Source: Spirogloea muscicola
Taxonomy: Eukaryota
Direction of reading: 5' to 3'
DNA: 41,848 nt
Assembly (NCBI GenBank): GCA_009602725.1
Contig: WELB01000019.1
Location: 845,888-887,735 of the forward strand
The position numbers and the translations under genes were made by a program. The notes beneath the pieces were generated by a model. It had not been told where the DNA came from. It worked only from the letters and a program-made list of their open reading frames with translations, and did no database searches. Below, one piece after another: positions 23,185 to 36,220 of this stretch (position 1 is its first letter; each line of letters begins with the position of its first letter).

Positions 23185-23717
23185 GGGGGGCGCCCGGCCG
23201 TCAGAAGGACTTGCGGCTTCTGACGTTGGAAACGAGAGCCAGCCAGGTGGGGAGACCGTCGTGGGGAGAGTCGATGGGGGCCCGACGGTGAGCCCGCTCC
23301 AATATACGAGATTCTGACGGTAAGCCCCCCCCTCTTATCGTCTCCTTATTGGCTTGCCGAATCTGCTCGCCCGTAGGTGTGCTAACGTCACGGTGTTGCC
23401 TCATTAGCCACCTTAGCGTTAGGGGCTCCGTTTCATGTAGCCCCAGTAGTGTGTTACATTAACTTAAGCATAGGGGCTCCGGTTCATGTAGCCCTCAGTG
23501 ATGCACTACTTTCTGCCCGAAAACAATGTAATGGCTGAATGGCCATTTCATGCGCACTGCGCGCCTTCTCTCTGTTATCGTCTCCACCCCCTTCTCTCGC
23601 AGTTGACCAAGCGGCTGCGCACTCAGCTCCTTGCCCGGCCCTCAAGCTAGTCATGGCTTCTTGATGGGCAGCGAGCTGCCCAAGTGAGCCTGCCGTGGTC
23701 CTGTCCGACCCACAAAC

Positions 23718-26568
23718 ATGGCGACCGCACCCACTGCCGGCGCCGGCGCCGGCGTGCGGGACAAGCGGAAGCCGCCGCCGCCGCGCGCCGAGGCGGACGG
23801 CAAGACCAAGTCGGGCACGGCGTGGAGCCACGGGTACCTGAACCAGAAGCCGTGGCACCCGCTGTCGTACCAGAACCAGCGCCGCAAGTGGATCGCCGAG
23901 CAGGAGCACGCCGAGGGCCTCCGCCGCTCCGACGAGGTCGCCAAGGAGTTTGCGCAGGAGCAGAGCTTCTTCAGCCACGCCGCGCAGCTCTCCAAGGCGC
24001 AGAAGGCCAAGGTGACCCCCCCTCGCTAACCCTCATGGACATTCTACTGCCTCGTCCGCCACTCCTGTGCCAGGTTTTGATGGGCACCCACAAGCCCCCG
24101 CCCTCTGCAGGTGGAAGCCATGCAGGCGGTGAGCTTCATGTACATCCGGCCGCCTGGCTACAACGCCGAGGGGGCGCGCGCCGCGGAGCTCGCTGACGAG
24201 AACCGGCGGCTCCGCGCCGCCGCCGGCGATGGCAAAGGCGCCAGCGCTCCTGAGGCTGAGGCAGAGTACGTGGCTGCCATTGCTGAACGCCACTGACCTC
24301 CTATATCGTGCTCGCCTTGCTTTTAACTTCTAAGAGGTTCTCGATGCTGCGCTGGACATGAAACCTACGCCTGAGCATGGCCCTCCTGACTTCCATGCCC
24401 TCCTTCTCCACCCCGCTGGCGGCCTACCTTGCAGTCCACTGGCAGCAGGCAGCAGCGCAGGCGATGCCGCGGCAGGCGCAGCCGAGGAGGGCCAACCACG
24501 GCCAGCACGTGCCAAGGACGCGTTTGGTCGCACGGTGGCTACTGAGCAGGAGTTTCCGCAGCTCAAGGGAGCTCCCAGGTGACGGCAGCGGCGCGCTCAA
24601 GTGCGCCCTCCCTCCTCAGCTAGCGCTCTTAAGAACCCTAGAGCCTGACCACATGGCGAATACACTTCTTCAATGCTTTATCCTACATGTTACGGTCGAA
24701 TGGCTGCATAGCAACTTGCATGCTGACACTGCATGTGGGAGCCATCGTTGCCAGCCTCCCTCATTGGCTGCCTGGCCACCAAATTGTGCAGGCTGGACAC
24801 GGGCGTGATCGGGCGTTCGAAGCCGTTTGGAGTCGAAGTCCGCAACGTGCGGTGCGCGCGATGTGGGGCGCTGGGCCATCAGGCAGGCGACCGCGAGTGC
24901 CCGCAGCGCGATGTCATCCTACCCGGCGAGGAAGAGCGCCGCCGACGGGAGGACCCCCTCACGGTCTTTGCCGCCGCCCACGGTGGGCCCGAGGAGGTGA
25001 TTGCTTGGCATCAGGCCCTCGCCAGCTTTGCAAGACACATCAAGATGCACATATGTGCTGAACTGCAAAACTCAGAGAAGGGTTTATTGTCTGGGGTTTG
25101 GGTTTTCGGTTTTAGGGTTTCAGTTTTAGGGTTTGAGGTTGAGGGTTAAGGGAGATGAGCAATTTGGTCGCTATTTTGTCGTGGTCAAGATCCTCGGCAG
25201 CCATGCCCAGCCACTGACCTTGCTGGCACGCCCGCCTGCAGCCACTGCGCTGGGAGCTCAAGGTCGCGCCGGGGAGCCTCAGCCCAGCGCGCGGTGGCTT
25301 TCGCCCCGACGACCCCAATCAGCAGATTCTTGCCTCCGACCAAATTTTCGACGAGTACGGAGGTACACGCACGCTGTCCTGAGCTACCCCATGCACCGAT
25401 GCCGCCTTCAGCGCTTAGATCTGGAGAAGCACAACGCACACAATAATGCAAGAGAGTTCAGCTTCCATGCTTTGTGTTTAGTATGGAGGAATAGGACGAG
25501 AACAGAGGCCAACTTATGTCTCTCAAAGTGATCAAGTGCGTGGGTGCCCATGTGTCTGTGAGCTGTGGTTGAGCAGGATTCTTGGAGAGCGGCGGTGGTG
25601 GCGGCGGCTCGGGAGTTGCAGATCAGGAGGAGGGGGCCGCGGCGACAGCGGCCATCCCGGCTGCCGTGATGATGCAGCTGACGAGCCGGCAGCGCAAGCG
25701 CCTTGCGCGTGCTTACGAGGGGCGCGATGACGAGGCTCGTCGCAAGCGGCGGCGCAGGCGGAGGAATAGCCGACTTACGCGAGAGGAGGAGGAGGCTGGG
25801 GGCACAGAGAAGAGGGTGCACGGCAAGAAGATGCGGAAGGAGAGGAGAAAAAAGGCAAGCAGCAGCTCCAGCAGCGCCAGCAGAGGTGGCGAAGGGGATC
25901 GCAGCGACGGCAGCAGCAGCGGCGGCAGCGGCAGCGGCAGCAGTGGCAGCGCCAGCAGCGCCAGGAAGATCAGGCGGGAAGGCCGCCGGAAGGAGCGGAA
26001 GCAGGGACACAAGCGGCGCCAGGCACGCAGCAGGGGCGAGAGCCTGCTGGAGAGCCTGACGATTGCTGGCGCTGGTCGTGGCAACGAGGGCATGGCGCTT
26101 CATGCATCAGGGGCCAGGAGGAAAGAGGTCGACGGGGAGGAGGGAGGTGCTGAGAGGGATAACCTGGGCGAGGGCAACGTAGCAGCCTCTTGCAAGCGAG
26201 AGGACGAGGCAGGAGGGAGGAGGGAGGGTGGGGGCACGCCGGCACTGAATGGCCAGAGCAAGGGCAAGCGCAAGGCGGCTGCCGACGAGGGCAGCGACAA
26301 GTTCGACACGGCTGCAGAGCCAGCAGGTCGTGAGAGCAGGCTCAGCGGTAGGGTGAGCAGCAAGCGGAGGAAGGGCATGGAGGAGGCCGGCCCTCGTGGA
26401 GAGCACCGCAGCAGGAAGCGAAGCAGCCATGGTAGAGGTGATGACAGCAACAGTGTGAGGCGGAAGAGAAGGCGGAGGGCGAGCAGCAAGAAGAGCGAGG
26501 AAAGTAGCAGCAGCAGCAGCGCCGGCGTTGTCAGGTGTGACGGTCAATCAGTGGGTGGCGGGCCATAG
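23718..26568 (+). CDS. CIR_N-domain / CCHC zinc-knuckle protein (At4g19190-like putative splicing factor) with Arg/Ser/Lys-rich tail
   Basis: TAWSHGYLNQKPWHPLSYQNQRRKWIAEQ, AVSFMYIRPPGYNAE, KPFGVEVRNVRCARCGALGHQAGDRECP, LRWELK..SPARGGFRPDDPNQQI; 6 exons with GT-AG sites. Confidence 0.9.
25090..25152 (+). repeat. Degenerate telomere-like (TTTAGGG) tract in an intron
   Basis: ggggtttgggttttcggttttagggtttcagttttagggtttgaggttgagggttaaggg. Confidence 0.7.
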
Positions 26569-27452
26569 CTAGGGCGCACCGTAGCAGCAGCGCGGTCGCC
26601 TCAAACGCGGGTTCAGCTCGACGTGCCTGGGCACCCCTTGTCACGTTTGAGCGCTCCCACTGCCCACTAGGCTGAGACAGACGGTTACTGAAGCACTCGC
26701 TGGCTCACTAGAGAACCGCAATTGTCAAGACGGGTTTCTCAGCCTAAGTTGCTGATATAACACAATACTTTAATCAACACTTGAGACACCAGTGCTTCTG
26801 CTCCTGCTTAGAGATTGTTAACAACTTTGTGGCTGGTGCAAGAGGGTCAAGACGTTGGCTTTGGTGGTGTCCAGAATAGCACGATTGCGGCTGCCCCTGG
26901 TCTGCTCGCTGCCGCCCCCAATGGTCCCCATGAGCCACTCCGGCTCCCTGCCCCACCTCAGTCGAAGAGACGGACTGCAAGCCACAAAGATCATGGCCTG
27001 TACATCTATGAAGCTTATAAGCTCCTCCTGAGAGGAAACGGCTTGCAGATTACAAGCAATTAAAGCAATGCGAGCGACTAGGAAAGCAATGGGCTATCGT
27101 CTAATAGGTCAGACGGCCTCCGCATATGGAGGCGCAGAGACCACAAGCTATCTACTTAAAGCGTGGGGCACAAGCGACCACGACGTGCGTTTAGCACGAC
27201 TTTCAATCTATGTACAGGAGCAGGGCATCAGGTCGACCTTAGCAGTTAAGATACATGACTGAATATTGTGAGCTGGCGAGAGAGGAAAATCAATTCCTAT
27301 GATCTAAAAAGCTGCCGGTCATTTTACACCGGTTGTGCTCAATTTCACATAAGGATAATAGACTCTGTGGGCAAGGTGAGTGCTATGTGCCAGATATGTA
27401 CAGCAGCAAAGGGCTGCACCTTCTGTACAGGTTGGTGGTGGAGGCCAGCAAC

Positions 27453-30400
27453 TTAGTGCAAAGGTGGGGCGGTGGCAAGGACAGCCAAGGCGAGCGGGGC
27501 GTGAGCAGCAGTGTCTAGCTGGCGCTCAGCAGCGACGATGCAAGCATCAGCCAGCAAGCGAGTGACAACGGCCCCTTTCTCAGCGCCGCCACGGTCGAGC
27601 GATGACGCAGGCTGTGCGGCCGGCATTGCTGGTGTGACGGTCGGCGGGAGGCCGCAGGCAGCGTCGGCGGCGAGCCCGACCTTGTCGATGGCGTGGAGGC
27701 CCGGCGACAGGTACTTGGCAACGGTGACGAATATGGCCGACCCGTCTGCGAGCTCGTACACGCTCTGGATGCGGCCCTTGCCATAGGTGGTCTCGCCGAC
27801 CAGGGTGGCGCGGCCGTTGTCACGCAGCGCGCCTGCGAGGATCTCGCTGGCGCTGGCGCTTCCCGCATTCACCTGTTGATGCTCCAAGCAGCAACATCCG
27901 CTGCTCAGCTTGTAATTATAGCGCGCTTTCTCGATGTGGAGGAGGCCTGTCAATGGCATGAGGTGATGCGGGAGGTCGAGTAGGGGCCCACCAGGACAGC
28001 AAGAGGCTGCTTGGTGAGGGCGTGGCCGTTGCCAGCGACCGTGATGCGCTGCATCCCACCGTGTCGGTCGACCGTCACGACAGCCGTGGCAGGGCCGTCC
28101 AGCCACATGCCGGCAATGTCCAGGCCGGCTTTGACCAGTCCACCCTGTGAGCAGCGGGTAGGAGGGGGGAAGGAGGATATATGTCGGCTTCCCACGATAG
28201 CAAGAGAGATATAACCAAACCCCAAAAGCCGGCAGAACCTGGAAGAAGGGAAGGAGAGGAGAGAGGAAGGAGGGTGGAGGGAAGATGGAAGGCGGGAGCC
28301 TCACAGGGTTATCGCGGAGGTCCAGGATGTAGTTGGTCACGCCCTGCCGCTCGAGGCCGGCCAGTGCGTGCGCCATGTCTGCAGCCGCCGTCTGTGCCGC
28401 GCCCAGCATTGCTCAGCCTCAAGCAAGTATTGACTTGCCACTTGCTAAGTGAAAGTCAGGCGCACTGGCTGCTCGGGAGGGGGGGCTTTGCAGCAAAGGG
28501 GGGGTGTGCCTGTGAGAAGGCGGCAAGGCGGATGTAGCCGGTGCGCACGGCGGTGCCCTGGGGACCAGCATGCGGCAGCAGCGTCGCAAACACAGGCGAC
28601 ATGGTGATCGTTTCCCGCATGAGCTCCACCTGCCAGTGGAGGACAGGCGGTGGCGTGAGCAGACTGGCACGGGGGGCTGTCAAGGAGCAGAGAACGCAAG
28701 ATGACTGCGAACAAGGAGTCAACGAGAGAGCGAGCTTCAGAGGAGAGAGGTGGAGGAAGGAGGGAAAGGCTGACCTCCTTGAGCTCGCTCACGCTTGTGT
28801 GCTTGTCATCCTACCCCGCCGAGGCGCAGCCGCCGCCAGCACAGATGCAGCATCAGTAGAGAATAGCAGAGGATGCACGACTGCAGGATTCTGATGCCTG
28901 ATGCCTGCTTGAGCGTACCACCTTACCATGCGGCGCAGCGTGAGAGTGACGAGCGTCCCGGCGTGACCGCGCAGCCGGCCTGCGGCCTCCTCACCAGTGA
29001 CCCCCTTGAGCTTCTCATCTGGGGGCCGCAGAGACAGCGCAGCCGAACTCTGAGCAACGACTGCTCCTGCGTCAACTAGGCAGGAGTACATGGCCTTGAC
29101 AAGGGAGAAAGGTGGCATTGCGCACGGTTGATCTGCAAGAGCTCGTCGCCGGAGAGGATGCCTGCTCGATCCGCAGGGCTGCCCTCGATTGGCAGCACCA
29201 CGACCTGCGCAGCTCAGAAGGGCGCGAGAGGAGAGAGAGGAGGAAGCGAGGTGAGGAGCGGCGTAAGCTTGTGCCAGGACGATCAATCAAGAACAAGACC
29301 AAACACGCAGGAAGCGCAGTGGGGTGTGCAGATCGGTGACCCACAAGGCGACCGGTCTTGGAGTCGGAGGAGATGAGGAGGCCAACACCGTCCATGGCGC
29401 CGCGATTGGCAATGCTGAAGCTCTCATACTCCTGTAAGGTGCCGGCAGCAACTGCAGCGGCTGCTCAGAACACGACGGCAGCAAAGAAGATCTGGGATGC
29501 ACTTGCAAGGAAAACGCATATCGCGCATCTGCGAGATCTGCGAACAAGGGGGCGCTCGCCTCGGGGTTGACGATGCGCGTGTAGGGGTCGTTGAGCGTGG
29601 CGAGCATGTCCCGGATGCTGTTGTGGACCGTGTCAGGCGAGTCGGCGGCGGCAGTCCCCACCAGCAGGTCGCCTAGCTTCGCGTCCCAGTCTGCACGTGA
29701 GGCGCCACGACGACTGTCAGAGCCGCCAAGCTCATAACCCATCAGCGCATGGTTCTCAAGATGGCATCAGGGGATGTCAACGGCAGGAGGAAGGGAGGAC
29801 CAGGCAGCACCGCAGTAAGGAGAGGACCGGATGGACGAGGAAAGTACTTCAATAACTTGAATACGAGCATGTTGAAGTGATGGAAGGCCAAAGTGGCCGA
29901 GTACAATGGCAAGCACATCAAATAGCGTACATTGAGTCGTACGTAAAGTCACATTGCAAGTTGACCCGCTCAGTAACCACGGGTCAACACATAAAGGTCG
30001 GTGATCAAGGGAGAGAGGGAGGAAGTAGAGAGTGGAGGGTGCAGTGCGCACTCTGGTGGTTGAAGGTGGGGTCCACGAACGCCTCCCGCACGATGCCCCA
30101 CGCCTCCACCAGCGTCCGCTGAAGCGTGCTCACCTGCAGCAGCGCTAGTACGTTACTTCGTCAGCCTGGGCGCACCATCGCTGAGAGCCAGCAGACTTAG
30201 ATGGCGGCCTTGTCTCTCGCACAGAGCAGTACTGCCGGGCATCGGCGGCAGCAGGGCGGCGAAGGCGATCAGAGGAGCGGGCTGTGGCGGACCTCGGTCA
30301 GAGACGGCTCCCGGAGCACGACGCTGTACTGGTCCTCCATGGCGGCCAGCGCGCCGGTGGCCGGCCCGCTGCTGGCCACCAGGGCGCTCGCGGCGCAGGC

Positions 30401-30512
30401 CAGGCCCGCGCANGGCGGCGAACGCGGCGGCGCTCGCGGCGTCGTCCCGCAGCCTCGCCCTCGTCCGCCTCCCGTCCAGCTCCCGAGGCCGGCTGCGAGC
30501 GTCCTTGCTCAT
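27453..30512 (-). CDS. CTPA3: Chloroplast C-terminal processing peptidase (S41A), CTPA3-like; ~11 exons
   Basis: TLQRTLVEAWGIVREAFVDPTFNHQ, MLATLNDPYTR, PDZ region GVGLLI, GYIRLAAFSQ, YILDLRDNPGGLV, catalytic SASASEILAGALRDNGRA and TYGKG. Start uncertain ('n' at 30413). Confidence 0.9.
29860..30000 (-). mobile_element. RLE retrotransposon 3' fragment in a CTPA3 intron
   Basis: Reverse complement of tgacccgtggttactgagcgggtca...tgtgcttgccattgtactcggcc; ORF end DLYVLTRGY*. Confidence 0.75.
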
Positions 30513-30877
30513 CTGCGGGCGCCTCCCGGGCCAGCCGATGCACGCTCACGACATCTTAAGGCTATCACTTGACATAACCCTGAGCGCATTGGCTGCCTCG
30601 GAGCGGTCGAGCTGGCCTGGTTGGCACCCTGCTCGATGAGCCGTCAGGAAGTCGCAGGTGAGAGCCGCGTCACACTTGCACGAGCTCTTGGACCATGCTT
30701 TTGCGACATAGCTTGCTCAGTGGCCGATACAGACAGGTTTCCGGCATATCATCGTCTTGCACTGAAGGCCAGGGCAAGTGGCTAATCTCGGCACGCGACA
30801 CCGCTGCTGCACGCTCAGGCGGCGAGCACATCTTCAAGTCAGCGGCGTGATTGCTCTTTCGGCGGTCCTCAGCAGCC

Positions 30878-33800
30878 ATGGCTCTTAAGCGGCAAAAGCG
30901 TAAATGCACGGCGTCCATCATCAAGGACACGGCGGCCCATGCTGCCCAGCAGCTTGCAGGTGCCACCACCTCAGCCCCTTCCATTTTGACGTTGTCAGTA
31001 TCTTCCACAACAGTAGCACATCAGCTCGTACTTGTCTGTTCTTTGATCAATACTTGCAACTTCCGCTTAACACTTGTTACCATTGGAGGGAACAGGGGGC
31101 CAGAGCCCCCCTATCGGAGCTGGCGAGGTGCTGGATCCCTCTCCACCTGGCCACAGTGGCAAACGAGGGTGGCGAGCGACAATACCTGCCTCCTTGCCGT
31201 TCGTGGCTTCGCCGAACGCTGTCAAAGTCGTCAGGCAGGCGCGGAGCCAATGCAGGTCCAGGAGAAGGCTGAAGGTGCTGATGGATCTCTACAAGCCTCC
31301 ACCGCCTCCAGACCAGCCCCTTAATGATGCTTGCAGCGCCGAGGCAAGTGGACAGTGTGAACGCTGCAGGCCGTGGTCAGGCAAGAGGCGATGTCGCACC
31401 TTGCTTGACGCATTGAGGGACAGCTCTTCAGTTGGCGGCCAGTCGTCGCCCACGACCTCGGTCGCCAAGGTTGTGGTACCGGCACCACCGCTTCCCCACG
31501 GTGGATGTCAACCACACAGAGTGCAGTCAAATGGAAACAGCCCTCTCATTGATAAGACAGCCCCGTCTGCTCCAAAGCTCCTCTGCTCACTCCCGCTCAC
31601 CTGCAAGCAGAGTCATTTGGACAAGGATGCTGACTCCATTGCTCAGGTTGGTGGAGAAGAAATAAAGCTACCAATCATCTTACACCAGGATATCAAGGAG
31701 GACTCAGTGGAGCTTGCAAAAGTGCAGTCGGAAGTTGCAACTGCTGGTGCACAGAAAGCTGAGAGCAAGCAAGCTAGCAAGCAAGGCGAGGAGGTGAACA
31801 TTCTCTGCTTGAAGGACAGCTTTTCTGCTGAAACAGAGCCCAAACCTGTGATAGAGAAGGTGATGTTCACAAAATTGGTTGCGGAGGCAAATTGCACTGA
31901 CCTAGCTGATAGGGATACCACTGGGACTACAATCGAGAGAAGGCAACTAGATGAAGAAGCTGTGCTACATGCTTTGCAGAGTGTAAACAACCTCATTGCA
32001 GAGGTACTCCAATACTTTATACTGCTTGACGATGCCTGCTTCTACAGCCTTCATACACCTACTTGTTAGCTACATGAACATCTGCAATTGGCCGACATGG
32101 ACCTCTCAATTGATGCTTGAATGCTGGCAACATTTACAGGCCGAGGAGCCAGCTGACGACATAGCAAATTTTCAGCTAAATTGCATCTCACCACAGCGCT
32201 GGTTGACGTTCTCGGCAGCATCCTGTCGCAAGAAAGAGGCATGCACTGGACTCTTGAACCTATTTCTCTGCCACACTAATACATTCCTTGAGAAGAGCCG
32301 GCTGCGTCTTCTCTCGTTTCAATAAATTTAATCTCCGGCGCGCCTCCTGAGACGAACTAAGAAGAGACTCAATTCAGTCAAGCTTTGGGATATGCAGTTG
32401 ATAGCTTTGACTATGAGCTTCCAGCTGCGTACTTTTGACCAACTACATGAGAAAGGAGACAACGGCTTAACATCCTTTGCGCAAGTTTCACTGTCCACTT
32501 TATCTGACCGACTTTCTCGTCATGCAGTGGGCAACACCCAGGGACTGACATGTAAAAAGCTCAATTTCTCGACTTTGTAGGCGGCGCAGGCTAAGTCAGG
32601 AGCTGCTCGAGGGCCAGGACATCAGTGGCAGAAGCGATTGACGTTCGCTGCTTTGGACGATTGTAGAGAGACTGACTGTGTAATTAGTCCTGGTAAGCTT
32701 CCCTCTGCTTGAAACAAGTCACTGTAGTAGATGGTGGCCCAACATGCTTGTAACTTCAGGTCTTTGCGCCTTGTCCTTTCAAAGCAGCCATACTTTGAAG
32801 CACGTTGAACAGGCTGAGATACATACCATTGCATGCATTGCTTTGCTTGAGCTGCCATCATTGTAGATAGGTGCTACTACTGGATGGATGCATCATGATG
32901 ATGATGTTGCAATTGATGGAAAGAAGTACAACTCCCAACTGCTTCATCTGCTCACACATCTGAAAAGGTGTGTGAGCTTCACACTTGCTGTTGCATTATT
33001 CTGAGTCAAGCTTCTTGGCGAAGCAGCAACATCTTAAGTTCCCCTCCTGGACCCTCATGGCACACGACTTGCGTGCCTTACACATCTGTTGGCTAAGGCA
33101 TGCCCTATCTGTCTTGGACAAGCGCAGCGAAAGCTTTTGGACGTCTTTGACTTCTCTGACACAGAAACCATGTCACCTGTTCGACTACGTACTTCTAACG
33201 GACGTGCAAGTAAGTTCCCACGCAATATCATAGAGGGAAAGGTTACAGTACATTTGCCAATGACGTAGCATGGACTTCGTAGTAGCCTTGTGCGTGGATA
33301 AGGCCTGGTCAGAGAATGGCAACATGGATGACCCAGTTGAACTTTGCGAGGAGATGAAATGCTCGGTCATCTCGACATGTCAGGGCTTCAAGCTTCGAGG
33401 CAGGAGACACAAGGTGCTGGTGTGGTCGAGAATCAACTGTCATGTGGCCAACGCATGCTCAAACTGGCGCAGGAGGCGGCCTCCACGTTTGACAAGGTGC
33501 ACCCGAGATATAGACCTCTGCTGAGAGCGTATCGATGCCGTTGGTCAGCTACATTTCAGTCAGGTCTCCAGCATGGCAGTAAGGTCCACTTCGGGGTTAC
33601 TCTGAGCAGCATGAATCAGACTCTTTGTGTTCAGGCTTTTGAAATGTCACAGAGCTCGAGGGAGGTCATGGAGCAAGGAGATCCTGAGCGTTCGGATAGG
33701 AGGGAGTCAGATCCAATTCCTCTGCAGCATGAAGCTGGAATCACAGGTTATAGCTGGCCGCTGACCAACACAGGAGTTGGTGGGCATCGGAAGCCACAGC

Positions 33801-35419
33801 ACGAGGGAGTGAAAGAACATAATACATCGACATCAGCCATTGAATATCAGCTTAAACAGAGTAGCAACATCGACTTGGACCTTGGGGCAGGCTCGAACCC
33901 AGAGGACAACTTTATGGAGGACTGCAACATCACTGATTCATTAGCTTCGCAAGTTGCTCCAGCAACAGAACCCTTACCTGGCAGCTCACCCATGGCCAGT
34001 GCCTGTCATCAGGCAAGACACGTATTGCGAGTACGTCGGAAGTGCTTCAGTCTTCAGCTGACAGCATCACTTGACCTTCTAATTCTTGTTGCATATAGCA
34101 AGTAAGGCTTTGGTACATATGTTGACGAACCTTTTGCTTTCTGGATGATTGCAGCAAGGGCCAACATCGTTGCTACATCCCCAACCGCAGTCCTTCCATG
34201 GTGCTCAGTCACCCTCCCCCCCTGCATCTCCAGCTCACACAGGCATCTGTGTCACACTACCCCCCCGATCGCCCTCACCCAGAAACAGGCGGCAACAGAA
34301 GCAGACTCTTCCAAAGTCCGTCATGGGTATCCTCAAGGTATGATCAAGATGCACCAAGTCAAATAGTTCCAATCTGATGCCAACTTGCAGTGCATGCACA
34401 GTAGATTTGTGTTTGTGCTCCTGCTGGCCCGAGTAGACCTGCTAATTGCAGAGGGTTCTTCTTGGTCTCCTTTGTGCACAGACTTCACAATCATGCCGGA
34501 GATGTTGCACGAACTACACAAAAGTGTCTGAGCGAAGCATGGACCACTCAAAGTATCAGCTTATGCTTGCTGACAAAGCCAACGCCATTCTCAAGGAGGA
34601 GCTTCATGAGTTAAGAGAAGCGTTGCAGACTTGGGCGCTGCCTTTGTTGATTGAGGCTGATGCTTTCAAAACCGTAAGTGGTTGCTCAGATACATATGAC
34701 ACCTTCATTCATACCATGATATTGCTTGAAGGGTCCACAGTGAACATGAGTTGGTCATGGGGCATAAGTAACTGTTACTCAGAAGCGTGTAGATTGCACT
34801 CCGCCTTCAGCTCCCACATTTGGCAGATGACTCTGTTCTGGAGATACGAAGTGCAGTCTTTAGAGCGTTCGTTGTCTTGACACCAGTGAGCCCGACGCTT
34901 TTCTCTAAGTTACTTAGTCTAGCTCCTCTCTTTGCAGCTACTGCAGCCTTGGAAACCAGCCTCATTGTTTGTTGCTCTCTGTACTTACGAGCAAGTATAA
35001 ATCGACTCTGTGGACCAGGTTTCTGCACTCCTGTCCAGATCTAAGCTTCGGGAGGCAACTGCGCAGCGTTACATGTCCAAGATTGCTCGGTCTTCTGACC
35101 ACTTTTGCCGGCTTATGGTTAGTATCAGTCTCCCAAGTATTCAGTAGATGGATATAAGCAACTTGCAACTCCACATCTCATGGACGTACTTGTAACCGAG
35201 CAAGACCAGCACTGACAATGTCTCCCAGCTATTGAAACAAAGCCGTTATACTCCTTGTCACGCCAAAAATGTGTGATCTGAGCTGATCACTTGCCTACTG
35301 GCATACTTGTCATTCAGAGTCAAAAGCAACCTCGGACGCCTAAAAAGCTACGCTTTGCTGACGATGCTGGCTTAGAACTTTGCCAGATTCACACAATTGG
35401 CGAACATGTGAGCATATAG
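30878..35419 (+). CDS. Uncharacterised multi-exon protein with short coiled coil and C-terminal PP1-docking-like motif; 5' end uncertain
   Basis: Long ORFs 31074-32069 and 33344-34105; exon ...ADKANAILKEELHELREALQTW...FKT with GT donor at 34674; final exon 35318-35419 SQKQPRTPKKLRFADDAGLELCQIHTIGEHVSI*. Confidence 0.5.
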
Positions 35420-36220
35420 GCCTCCAACATTGCACGGCATACTATGCATCTCTCTTCATATCAATCGTATCATTGGTCTTGAGACACAGTTGCCTGAGAG
35501 GACTCCTCTGAAGGAGAACGACATTTATAGGCAGAGGCATCGCCTCACCTCAGTCCAGCCTACTTATGGATTGCACTCATACTTGCATTGGTCTGCACAG
35601 GTACACTTTGACTTGAAGAAGCCGCCAGTTGACTATACTTGAGTGGACCCCCTTTTAGCCTTCTTAGTGCATGTCAGATCAGCCTGCAAGCCCATTGAGC
35701 TTGCAAGTGCCAAAGTGCTCATTTCTTGATCAAATTTGTGCCTTGTCATGCATGCTTTAGCCCTGATATCGCAATCCTTGAGCTAGAGAGAAGCAGTAAA
35801 CACGAGGGGTTGAAGAGCATGCGCGTCTGCAAGAGGAGCTCATGTGCGTCTGCAAGAGGAGCTCTGTATTAAGCAGACGAATAGCAGAACTTCACTTAAT
35901 TCGATGGATGTGAAGCGTGCAATAATGTGCTCCAAAGCACTGGAGCAGAGCATAACCGAAGTTATTGAGCGCCTCTTTGTGACATCTTGGAAATGAGTAT
36001 CTCTCCTTCCGGCCCTTTCAGACCTTGTACATTTCTTTGGGCTGACCTCTCATAACCATTGCCGTACTCAGAAGAGCTCCTTTTCATTATCAAGCCATCA
36101 GCCAGTTCATTTTTACTGAAGCTCCAAATCTGTATCGAACTTTTCATTTGCTTCTTTCATGAGCACGAGTGAACTGGAGGGAACGATGTCAACTCTACCA
36201 CAGCGTCGCCCCTATTCAGC

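Noticed and set aside
25408..26547. Several long minus-strand ORFs
   Set aside because: Antisense to the low-complexity last exon of the CIR_N/CCHC gene.
30670..31008. 112-aa minus ORF upstream of CTPA3
   Set aside because: No recognisable motif, and it overlaps the probable 5' region of the plus-strand gene.
35818..35865. 23-bp tandem duplication (atg.gcgtctgcaagaggagctc x2)
   Set aside because: Isolated two-copy slippage duplication in intergenic or UTR DNA.
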